Source: Gammaproteobacteria bacterium
Lineage (GTDB): Bacteria > Pseudomonadota > Gammaproteobacteria > GCA-001735895
Direction of reading: 5' to 3'
DNA: 17,419 bases
Assembly (NCBI GenBank): GCA_050298595.1
Contig: JBNKUM010000055.1
Location: 1-17,419, forward strand
Part shown: positions 8,995 through 17,419 of the stretch, in pieces
Position numbering within the stretch: position 1 is the stretch's first letter
Layout: every line of letters begins with the position of its first letter
The notes under the pieces: generated by a model
What the model was told of the DNA's origin: nothing
What the model saw: only the letters and a program-made list of their open reading frames with translations
Databases searched by the model: none
Program-made: the position numbers and the translations under genes

Positions 8995-10686
8995 ATGATC
9001 ACCAACCCACAGCAAAAATACCGCAGCTTTAATCCGATTCAGTTAAGCGATCGTCAATGGCCCAATAAAGTACTGGAAAAGCCACCGATCTGGATGAGTA
9101 CTGATCTTAGAGATGGTAATCAGGCGCTTATCAATCCCATGTCTGTTGAAACCAAGCTGCTTTTTTTCACAGCGCTGGTGGAAATGGGGTTTAAGGAGAT
9201 CGAAGTGGGTTTTCCTTCAGCCTCAGAAACCGAGTTCAATTTTGTACGACGTTTGATTGATGAAAACCGTATTCCTGCTGATGTGACCATCGAAGTATTG
9301 ACCCAGGCACGGGAAGAATTAATCGAAGGTACCGTGGAGTCACTCAAAGGTGTACATCGAGCAATCCTGCATATGTATAACCCGATAGCGCCCAGCTTTC
9401 GCGATCTGGTATACAACACCGATAAAGCCGGTGTGAAGGAGATTGCCGAGCGTGGTACGCGCTGGGTGAAACAATATACCGAGGCACAGGCTGATACCGA
9501 ATGGGTGTATCAGTATTCACCGGAAGTCTTTTCAAGTAGCGAGGTGGAATTTGCCAAAGAAGTCGTCGATGCGGTTTCAGAAATCTGGCAGCCCACACCT
9601 GAGCATAAGATGATTGTTAATCTGCCTGCCACCGTTGAAATGTCGACCCCTAATACCTATGCCGATCAGATTGAATGGATGCATCGCAATCTGAACCGAC
9701 GTGACAGCCTTATCGTCAGCATACATCCGCATAATGATAGAGGCACTGCTGTGGCTGCGGCTGAAATGGCAATGATGGCAGGTGCCGATCGTGTTGAAGG
9801 CTGTCTGTTCGGCAATGGTGAGCGCACCGGGAATGTGGATCTGATTACACTGGCACTTAATCTGTATTCGCAGGGTATAGATCCAGGTCTGGATTTCAGC
9901 CATATCGATCAGGTACGTCAGTTGGCGGAAGAATTCACACAGTTGCCGGTGCACCCACGACACCCTTATGCCGGTGAGCTGGTATTTACCGCTTTTTCAG
10001 GTTCACATCAGGATGCTATTCAAAAAGGTTTTAACCGACAGAAGTCCGGGACACATTGGGAAGTCCCCTATCTGCCGATAGACCCTGCTGATCTGAGTAG
10101 AAGCTACGATGCTGTAGTCCGCGTAAACAGCCAGTCAGGCAAGGGCGGTGTGAGCTTTCTTTTGCATCAGCAGGCGGGGTTTGAGTTACCTCGTCGTCTA
10201 CAGATAGAGTTCAGCAAGGTCGTGCAGCAGGTGAGTGATTCGACAGGAAAAGAAATCAGTAGTGAAACGATTTATCAGCTTTTTGATAAGGAGTTCTTAC
10301 AGGCGGATCATCCTTATAAATATCAGGCCAGTCAGTTCGTAAATGAGAGCGAGACAGAAGTGACTGCGCAGATTCAAAGCCGACATAAAGACAAAGATCT
10401 GACCTTAAGCGGTAAGGGTAATGGCCCTATAGATGCGGCAGCAACCGCTATAGCCGGACATGTTGGTCAGTCAATAACCGTAGTGGATTATCACGAACAC
10501 GGACTGGGCCTTGGTTCAGATGCAACAGCTGTGTGTTATGTAGAAGTAAAGATAGGCGAGCAGCATCCTGTGTTTGGCGTGGGGCAGGATCAGAATATTA
10601 CTACTGCCGCAATAAAAGCTTTAATGAATGGTGTTAATCGAGCGCTTAGATCGGGTGAAAAACAGGGGCAGGTTTTAGCTGCATAG
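8995..10686 (+). CDS. leuA: 2-isopropylmalate synthase (LeuA2/yeast-type)
   Basis: [66 protein letters not shown]. Start moved from 8965 to ATG 8995 because of the AGGAG RBS. Confidence 0.96.
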   Translation: MITNPQQKYRSFNPIQLSDRQWPNKVLEKPPIWMSTDLRDGNQALINPMSVETKLLFFTALVEMGFKEIEVGFPSASETEFNFVRRLIDENRIPADVTIEVLTQAREELIEGTVESLKGVHRAILHMYNPIAPSFRDLVYNTDKAGVKEIAERGTRWVKQYTEAQADTEWVYQYSPEVFSSSEVEFAKEVVDAVSEIWQPTPEHKMIVNLPATVEMSTPNTYADQIEWMHRNLNRRDSLIVSIHPHNDRGTAVAAAEMAMMAGADRVEGCLFGNGERTGNVDLITLALNLYSQGIDPGLDFSHIDQVRQLAEEFTQLPVHPRHPYAGELVFTAFSGSHQDAIQKGFNRQKSGTHWEVPYLPIDPADLSRSYDAVVRVNSQSGKGGVSFLLHQQAGFELPRRLQIEFSKVVQQVSDSTGKEISSETIYQLFDKEFLQADHPYKYQASQFVNESETEVTAQIQSRHKDKDLTLSGKGNGPIDAAATAIAGHVGQSITVVDYHEHGLGLGSDATAVCYVEVKIGEQHPVFGVGQDQNITTAAIKALMNGVNRALRSGEKQGQVLAA

Positions 10687-11108
10687 CGATAAGTGTAGTA
10701 GTTCATAGTTGCCCCGAATGAGTTGAATGATTAATTAACCACGAAGCACACGAAGATTATTTAGTCTATTGTTTGCTGTAGGGTTACACAGGTACTATGG
10801 CAAACTCAAAGGCCAATCTATGTTGGAAGGCATCGTTCGCGGATTTTCACCCTGTGATTCTGGGTTATGGGCTGTTTTTAATATTGAGTATCAACTATCA
10901 GAAAGCAGCCATTTGAATTCCGAATATCAATAGATGCAGTCGACCCGAAGCGGCCATTTGTAGTTGAAAAGATACTGGCAGAAATCGGCACATACCCGCG
11001 ATTAACAAACTGGTGAACACTGTCTCTGAAGTACCAAGCCGGGACTTAGGTTATTTATTGAGTTATATTTATCCTCAAGAGAATTATAAATCTAGACGGG
11101 GGAGTACG

Positions 11109-12083
11109 ATGAATTTGGAAATCATAGATAACTGCGACGTCACAGTCCTGATAGATAACGTCATGGATATTCTTTCCACCACGTCCAGGTCGGTTACCGG
11201 GCATATCCCGAACGTTTTCAAAGCGGGAGCCACGGAGCTTTCGGGAAAATGCCTTTGCTGTTCCCATTGGGGGTTATCCCTGGTAATCACTGCCAGGCAA
11301 AACGACCACAAGAGAACACTCCTGTTCGACTCGGGTCCGGAAGGAAAGACGGTTGAACGAAACGGTAGTCGCCTTGGCGTCGATTTTTCGTCGATCGATG
11401 CCGCTATGTTTTCGCATGGGCACTGGGATCATGTCGGCGGGATGTTGTCGGCCCTCACGTTGATAAATGAGGCAAAAGGCGGAAAGAAAATTCCCGTCTA
11501 TGTTAACGACGATATGTTCGTTCATCGGGGAATTCGCGTCAGCGAAGACAAGGTCATTCCATTCGAAGACCTGCCCGCCAAAAGTGAACTGGAAGAGGCG
11601 GGGGGTGTCATTCGATCGATAGCCGCAGAACACGCTGTGCTCGACGACATGTTTTACATCAGTGGTGAGATTCCTCGAATAACAGCTTACGAAAAAGGCT
11701 TACCTACGCATGTAAAGGACGTGGGCAAGGGCTGGGAGCCCGATCCCTGGATAATGGACGAACGATATGCAGCCATACATCTCAGGGAGAAGGGTATCCT
11801 GGTATTTACGGCTTGCTCCCATGCGGGCGTGGTAAACGTGCTCAAGGATGCCCAGAAACGATTTGATCCGATACCGCTTTACGGCGTCATGGGTGGATTC
11901 CACTTGTCCGGCAAGGAGTGCGAAGCGATCATTCCCGAAACCATCCGGGATATGCAAGAATTCAACCTGAAGCTAATCGTTCCTGGTCACTGTACCGGAT
12001 GGAGGGCCGTTCACAAACTGGTTGAAGTATTCGGCGAGGACGTCGTGGTCATGTCGGCCGTCGGGAACTCCTACAGTTTTTGA
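11109..12083 (+). CDS. MBL-fold metallo-hydrolase (7,8-dihydropterin-6-yl-methyl-RFA-P synthase-like family)
   Basis: HWGLS, LLFDSG, SHGHWDHVGG, ACSHAGVVN, GGFHL, PGHCTG. Start set at ATG 11109 after GGGGGAG. Confidence 0.88.
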   Translation: MNLEIIDNCDVTVLIDNVMDILSTTSRSVTGHIPNVFKAGATELSGKCLCCSHWGLSLVITARQNDHKRTLLFDSGPEGKTVERNGSRLGVDFSSIDAAMFSHGHWDHVGGMLSALTLINEAKGGKKIPVYVNDDMFVHRGIRVSEDKVIPFEDLPAKSELEEAGGVIRSIAAEHAVLDDMFYISGEIPRITAYEKGLPTHVKDVGKGWEPDPWIMDERYAAIHLREKGILVFTACSHAGVVNVLKDAQKRFDPIPLYGVMGGFHLSGKECEAIIPETIRDMQEFNLKLIVPGHCTGWRAVHKLVEVFGEDVVVMSAVGNSYSF

Positions 12084-12270
12084 TATCTGGAATCGGACGA
12101 ACATTAACGATCCCAAAGGCTACCGGAAGTGCCCTCTGCCAGCCTTCCGGCGAAAGCCCGAATTCATCCCGCAGACTGTAATAACATTTCCTCCAGCGCA
12201 GGCCCGGAAACGGTGTATAAATGTCACAAATAAGTAACGGTGCGTTGGCCGTAAAGACGGCTTCCGGCAC

Positions 12271-12351
12271 ACCAGAGACAATCACTCATTGACCCGGAAT
12301 GACCGCTTCCAGGAAGGAGTCATTCACTTGCTGACCTTAAATGACTTCTGA
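12271..12351 (+). repeat. 81-bp repeat copy 1
   Basis: ACCAGAGACAATCACTCATT...AAATGACTTCTGA, 78/81 identical to 16727-16807. Internal stem GAATGAC..GTCATTC. Confidence 0.95.
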
Positions 12352-12355
12352 CGAC

Positions 12356-12527
12356 CCAGACTGTGTGAAAACTATTTTCCAATTTTTCAAGTGGAATATG
12401 TGGGCATATATAGAATCAATTTCGTATGGTTAGTGGTTATTGAACTCAAAATAATACTGAAAAATCATTCCGCAGTGGGAAATATTTTTGGTGTCATCAG
12501 TTTGAAGCGAGTCTTCACACAGCCTGG
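12356..12527. mobile_element. 172-bp non-autonomous MITE with 18-bp terminal inverted repeats (IS1182-like ends, tentative)
   Basis: Left CCAGACTGTGTGAAAACT and right AGTCTTCACACAGCCTGG match at 16/18. AT-rich non-coding interior. AC on both sides. Confidence 0.8.
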
Positions 12528-12692
12528 ACCCATACCAGACGTTCAGTGGCTCTATTTTTAAAAACAGTAAAAGCGTATCAACCCTTGACTTTATTGCCTA
12601 ATAAGCACTTCATGGAGCCTACCCTCATGAGCTTCAGATCAATTGGTTAAAATTTAATCTCTCCGACCCCTTTTATTCATCGCCTTTGGCTC

Positions 12693-12784
12693 ACCAGAGA
12701 CAAACACTCATGAACCTGGAACGACCGTTTCTAAAAAGGAGCCGTTCACATCTTGGCCCTCAATGACGACCCTTCTGTGACATT
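12693..12784 (+). repeat. Diverged repeat copy 3
   Basis: ACCAGAGACAAACACTCATGAACCTGGAACGACCGTTTCTAAAAAGGAGCCGTTCAC..AATGAC, colinear with copies 1 and 2. Confidence 0.85.
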
Positions 12785-13021
12785 CGTGTTGCCTAGTCTA
12801 TAACCTAAAACTACCTTATCCTTAGTAGTTTGAGGATAAATACTTGGGCTATCTAGGCTGTATTGATGATGCACCCTTCACCATCGTTGGAAATAATTAA
12901 TTCTTGTTTCATTGCTCCATCGTGAAAGTCGTATACTAAGAGACTCGGATGGTGTTTGTCATAGGATTGCCCAAAGAACACACAAATGGCATTCGATGCG
13001 CACGGAAGTACATGTACCTTA

Positions 13022-14254
13022 CTACCGCGAGCGTCTCTTCAGTAGATAAAATGTGCGGACAGCCAGGTTGGCGAGCCAGTAGAAAACGTTGTCAATTACT
13101 CCAGCGGTAGTCAATACAACAATACCAAGAGAAAGCATCAGAACCCCAACCCAGACACCAATTGCCGCAATAATCGCGTAAGCTGGAAAAACGAGCCCGG
13201 TATAAAACAATACTTGCCAGATGTCCCGTGGAAAAAATTCCGCGCTCAGTATCAGTGCAATCATCAATGCGCCCCAGGCCAGCCAGGCCCTCAACGAAAA
13301 CGCATAGGTGCTAAATACTTGCAAAAACCTGGTCACCGCATCAACATTCGTTATGTACGCCAGCGCGAGAAATGGAATTTGGGCCAAATGCACAACAAGT
13401 ATTCCATAGAGCCTTATTACACCTACCAGATCATCGTCTGCTTCGGGCGTATGTGAATATATATTGGCTACCAGTCCTGCAATACCAATCGAAATTAAGA
13501 TGTTGACGGGACGTCTGAGATGCTCCCCTAGCCTTCTATTAAGATTCTTCCAGGATTTCGGTTCTATTGGACCTTCGAATATCCCCGCTTGATCCATACG
13601 TTTTGAGGCGGCAATGGTGACATCGCTAGCGGTAGAGTATAACTTTTCGAATTGAACGCTGTCTGAAAACCAATGAAAGGTTTGATCCAGGAATTCGAGG
13701 TAGTCGATAGATACTTTTTTGGGGAATGTTGGTATTCCTTTTGCATCAAATTCCAATTTACCATATGTGAATTCAAATACCGTGGTTTCCAGAGTCTGCA
13801 AGGCATCCGGGTCATCAAATATCTTATCTTGCCAGATCATGCGAATTCGTTTTTCGTCTGTTTCTCCCACGCGAGTCAAAGCAACACGGTCGCACAATTC
13901 GTGTACTTGGTGCCAGTCAGTCTCAAATTCAAAGTCGGGTTCCCGGGATTGTTTTGTTGGTGCCTCTGCCTTTTCCGTTGGCATATGTGGCACTGCGACG
14001 AGTACCGGTGCTGGAGGATTTATAGCTTCTTGTGGGTCGGTCTCGACCTGATCGTCAACCTGTGCAGGGACTTGCAACTCGGATAGTGCCGCTTCGTAGG
14101 CCCTGCGCAATTCCTGAAACGCGCCCCCCTCAGATACCTGATCAATCTTCTTGAGTTTTACGGCATACGCTTTTCGTACCGTCTGTTTAGTCGCGTTTGA
14201 TCGTTGAATGTCGAGGACAACGAACGGCCAGTCTCTTGACTCAGAACTGGACAT
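13022..14254 (-). CDS. Membrane protein with N-terminal degenerate J-like domain (DjlB/DjlC-type HscC partner)
   Basis: WPFVVLDI..VRKAYAVKLKKIDQ..AFQELRRAYEAAL is J-like with no HPD, followed by a Pro-rich linker and several C-terminal TM segments. ATG 14254 overlaps the hscC stop (ORF track starts at 14266). Confidence 0.75.
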   Translation of the reverse strand: MSSSESRDWPFVVLDIQRSNATKQTVRKAYAVKLKKIDQVSEGGAFQELRRAYEAALSELQVPAQVDDQVETDPQEAINPPAPVLVAVPHMPTEKAEAPTKQSREPDFEFETDWHQVHELCDRVALTRVGETDEKRIRMIWQDKIFDDPDALQTLETTVFEFTYGKLEFDAKGIPTFPKKVSIDYLEFLDQTFHWFSDSVQFEKLYSTASDVTIAASKRMDQAGIFEGPIEPKSWKNLNRRLGEHLRRPVNILISIGIAGLVANIYSHTPEADDDLVGVIRLYGILVVHLAQIPFLALAYITNVDAVTRFLQVFSTYAFSLRAWLAWGALMIALILSAEFFPRDIWQVLFYTGLVFPAYAIIAAIGVWVGVLMLSLGIVVLTTAGVIDNVFYWLANLAVRTFYLLKRRSR

Positions 14255-15950
14255 AACCACTCTCAAATCGGTCCAACTCTTCGGTTATCCGTTCTCGCAA
14301 CAATGTGATATCCGTCGGGTCCTGACGCGCTAGGGTATCTTCGAAACTAACCAGCATTTCCTGTAGATACTCACGATCTTCAAAACGCGCCATGGCGTAG
14401 CATTGTTCAATTCGTGCCTGAACCGCCATATTTTCCTGCTGATCCCGCGGATGTATCTTGAGTTTATTAAGCGCCGATAGCTTTGTCCGAATCTCGTTGT
14501 CTGAGAGTTCGCCGGACAATTCAGTAATCAAAAGATTATGTTGTTCGCCGGTGGATAACACCTTGACATCAACCTCCAACAAACCGGAAATGTCGTAACT
14601 GAAACGTACAGCTATGCTTTCATGCTGTTGAAAATTTCGGGGAACTTTGATCTTCAACGATGCCAGAAAAATATTGCCTTCCACGCGCGCAGCTTCTCCC
14701 TGATAGACTCTAACCTCAATATTTCGCTGACCCAGCTGTGCGGTATGGAAAATTTCTTCCCTTGAAATTGGCACCACTGAGTTTCGCTCGATGATTGGTG
14801 CGTAATACCCAATATGGTTGGCACCATACCCACTCTTTTGGGTTTCGATACCAAGCGTAAAAGCGCTGACATCGGTCATCACAACATCGTCCAGCGCAGC
14901 ATCTTTTCCGACCAGTCCCGCCTGGATGCCGGCACCAAGCGCTACCACCTGGTCGGGGTCCAGTCCTATCTCCGGTAATTTCTTAAGCAACTTGCTGATG
15001 TAACTACGGATTAGCGGCATGCGCGTGGCACCGCCAACCAGGACAACTCGATCAATATCCTCAACCCGTAATTTGGCATCGTAGATCGCGCGTTCAACAG
15101 GCCGGTGCAGCCGACGGGTCAATTCGCTGGACAGCTCTTCGAATCGGCCACGCGATATCTCGAGTGTCACCTCCTTGCCTGAGACTTGTGCCTTCAAGGA
15201 GACCTGATGACGACTGGACAACTCGTGCTTGATGATTTCCACATTACGTCGTAGTGCTCCTTTTTCTTCGTATGTTAATTTTTCCAACCCAAGATCTTTG
15301 ACAAAATGCTCCACCAGGACACTGGTGAAGTCTTCACCTCCCAGGAAGGCATCGCCGGCCGATGACTTCACCTCCATGACACCTTCAAAAACCTCCAGGA
15401 TTGATACATCAAATGTACCACCACCAAGATCAAATACTAGAAATGTACTTTCCTGGGCGATGTCATGCAGACCATAAGCTAGTGCTGCCGCAGTCGGCTC
15501 ATTGATCAAACGGAGCAGGTTCATCCCTGCGATTTGGCATGCCGATTTGACTGCTTTACGCTGAAATTCATTGAAATAGGCTGGCACTGAAACCACGACA
15601 TCCGTAATCGGAACCTGCAAATAGGATTCAGCATCACGCTTTAGCGACGAAAGAACAATTGCGGACAACTCTTCCGCCGTGAATTTTTTTCTTCCTAACT
15701 TATATGTTTTTTCAGCCCCCATGGTGCGTTTAAACACAGAAGCTGTACGTTCTGGTGAAGTGACTAACTTGGATTGGGCTACATCTCCGCAGACCACAAT
15801 ATCACCATCTATGTGCACCACCGAAGGCGTCAGAAATTTACCAAGTGCGTTCTTAACCAATACAGGTTTTCCATCCTCAAAGACGCAGACCAACGAGTTG
15901 GTGGTGCCGAGATCAATTCCAATGTAGGGCATCTTCGTTATAATTTTCAT
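14241..15950 (-). CDS. hscC: Hsp70 family chaperone, HscC (Hsc62)-like
   Basis: IGIDLGTTNS, VSVPAYFN, INEPTAAALAYG, DLGGGTFDVS, LVGGATRMP. Short 569 aa with C-terminal KIHPRD and an adjacent J-like gene. The start may be ATG 15932. Confidence 0.9.
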   Translation of the reverse strand: MKIITKMPYIGIDLGTTNSLVCVFEDGKPVLVKNALGKFLTPSVVHIDGDIVVCGDVAQSKLVTSPERTASVFKRTMGAEKTYKLGRKKFTAEELSAIVLSSLKRDAESYLQVPITDVVVSVPAYFNEFQRKAVKSACQIAGMNLLRLINEPTAAALAYGLHDIAQESTFLVFDLGGGTFDVSILEVFEGVMEVKSSAGDAFLGGEDFTSVLVEHFVKDLGLEKLTYEEKGALRRNVEIIKHELSSRHQVSLKAQVSGKEVTLEISRGRFEELSSELTRRLHRPVERAIYDAKLRVEDIDRVVLVGGATRMPLIRSYISKLLKKLPEIGLDPDQVVALGAGIQAGLVGKDAALDDVVMTDVSAFTLGIETQKSGYGANHIGYYAPIIERNSVVPISREEIFHTAQLGQRNIEVRVYQGEAARVEGNIFLASLKIKVPRNFQQHESIAVRFSYDISGLLEVDVKVLSTGEQHNLLITELSGELSDNEIRTKLSALNKLKIHPRDQQENMAVQARIEQCYAMARFEDREYLQEMLVSFEDTLARQDPTDITLLRERITEELDRFESGYVQF

Positions 15951-16336
15951 TCCTTCAATGATACAAAACAGTTATAGCAGTTATTTGATGCTCCATTTCG
16001 CTAGAGCTTGTTAACACTCGCAGATCGCTGCGCAAGAATACAATGCCCATTAAACTACAGAAAACAATTGATTTCTGGCACAGTTTTTCATTCTACGCTG
16101 CAACGAATGGGTTGACGACACCGGTCATATCCCTCGAGTACATGTTTTTATATTCTTAGCCCTTATACGTATAACGTGACTGCGATATGTTACAGGGATT
16201 ACGGAGGGGTAGGCAATATAGTGAAACAGGCGTCTAATGGATGCTTCTGGCACGTCGGTGACAAGTTATTGATTTTAAATGACAGCTTTGAAGTTGGCCA
16301 GAGATCAGCATTAAACCAATCCCTTGTCAATTTACT

Positions 16337-16577
16337 TCAAACTTCGGTCTGCTCAGCCATCTCCAGAGCGTCATCGACCTCAAAGTGCAGATATCGTATG
16401 GTACTTTCAAGCTTGGTGTGGCCAAGTAAAAGCTGAACAGCACACAGATTGCGGGTACGCCGATAGATCAAGGTTGTCTTGGTCCGTCTCATCGAGTAGG
16501 AGCCATAGGCTGAGGGGGCAAGTCCAATCTGCTTGATCGCAGCTTTCAACGATGCGGCCGTACTGACGGGGCGACAG
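16337..16577 (-). pseudogene. Tyrosine recombinase/integrase C-terminal remnant, frameshifted
   Basis: LSPRQYGRIVES, frameshift near 16540, then IKQIGLAPSAYGSYSMRRTKTTLIYRRTRNLCAVQLLLGHTKLESTIRYL..EVDDALEMAEQTEV. The HxxR His reads Tyr and the N-terminal part is absent. Confidence 0.9.
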
Positions 16578-16726
16578 CAAAGTCCTGCGGACTTATAGAT
16601 AGAACTTAATGGTTGTCAAGCTCTTGTATGATCATGAACGGAGTATTGCGCATAACAAACCAAATACCTGCTTCCATTTTCTAGAGTACTATCACGTTTT
16701 CCTAAAGTGAATGGCCGCTCCTGGCA

Positions 16727-16807
16727 ACCAGAGACAATCACTCATTAACCCGTAATGACCGCTTCCAGGAAGGAGTCATTTACTTGCTGACCTTAAATGA
16801 CTTCTGA
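16727..16807 (+). repeat. 81-bp repeat copy 2
   Basis: Direct repeat of 12271-12351 with 3 substitutions. Confidence 0.95.
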
Positions 16808-16866
16808 TTGGCACATTCTTGCCTATTGCGCCGCAACATACCAATGGCTGCTTTATCAACATTGCC

Positions 16867-17148
16867 TTAAAAAGCGTAAATTAACCCAAGGTATATTTTC
16901 CTGATCTGTTTTTCAGCCACGATAGGGCTGTCTGTAATGCTGGAGTCAAGCATAACCTGCTCGATACCGGTTAGCGCGAGTAATTGAGCAATAATTGAAT
17001 AGCCCACCATCAGGGATGTCAGTGTGTTGATGGCTTGACCACCCCTGTAGGCTGGCGGACCATCCTGAGCTTCAGAGACCATAATTCCGTGGTAGAAGTC
17101 CACCAGATCCGCACTTTGCAGTTGCAGACCTATGGATGGCTCGAACAA
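16867..17148 (-). CDS. Hypothetical ORF or gene fragment
   Basis: 93-aa ORF with TTG start. The frame stays open upstream to about 17256 without a clear start, so it is possibly decayed. Confidence 0.3.
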   Translation of the reverse strand: MFEPSIGLQLQSADLVDFYHGIMVSEAQDGPPAYRGGQAINTLTSLMVGYSIIAQLLALTGIEQVMLDSSITDSPIVAEKQIRKIYLGLIYAF

Positions 17149-17419
17149 CCTTTGTCCTGATTGTTCACTCCAGAACCAGGCTAAAATGCCGAGTTTCGAT
17201 CTCTCATTCCTATGACTTTTAAATCCTTGTTCACATTCAGGCAGGCTGAATAGAAGTTACGCGAGCGCATCTGGCCTTATATGTAAGCCTTAGCGCTTCT
17301 CCAGAGCTGAATTGATATTCTAGAGTCCCTCCAATGTAGCTGAATCTATCATCAATATAATTGACCATGGGTAAAATGATAGTTTTTTCATGATCACCGA
17401 CAAACGGTTTTTAATGGGG

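Noticed and set aside
11109-12083. Metallo-beta-lactamase resistance gene
   Set aside because: No signal peptide, and the motifs fit a cytoplasmic non-lactamase MBL subfamily.
11066-12843. 13-bp inverted match TATTTATCCTCAA / TTGAGGATAAATA around the MBL gene
   Set aside because: Short and AT-rich with no target duplication, so plausibly chance.
12271-16807. CRISPR array interpretation of the repeats
   Set aside because: The repeats are 81 bp, irregularly spaced (about 0.4 and 4 kb), with no spacers of uniform length and no cas genes.

Overview
Gammaproteobacterial-type chromosomal window. The left part (1-10.7 kb) is mostly housekeeping and redox genes: the 3' part of a di-heme cytochrome c peroxidase, the ABC-F ATPase YbiT, RdgC, a Tat-exported HiPIP, an FAH-family hydrolase preceded by a probable gentisate-dioxygenase remnant, a patch of small or decayed ORFs, and an Lrp regulator divergent from leuA, which has a Leu-rich leader peptide. 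The right part (10.9-17.4 kb) is an accessory region. It holds an MBL-fold hydrolase, an hscC-like Hsp70 coupled to a membrane J-like protein lacking HPD, a decayed tyrosine recombinase, three copies of an ~81-bp hairpin-containing repeat with shared junction motifs, and a 172-bp MITE inserted at one junction. The best candidate for an undescribed system is this tyrosine-recombinase-associated, repeat-delimited cassette or island architecture. All calls come from reading the sequence and recalled family motifs; no searches were run.
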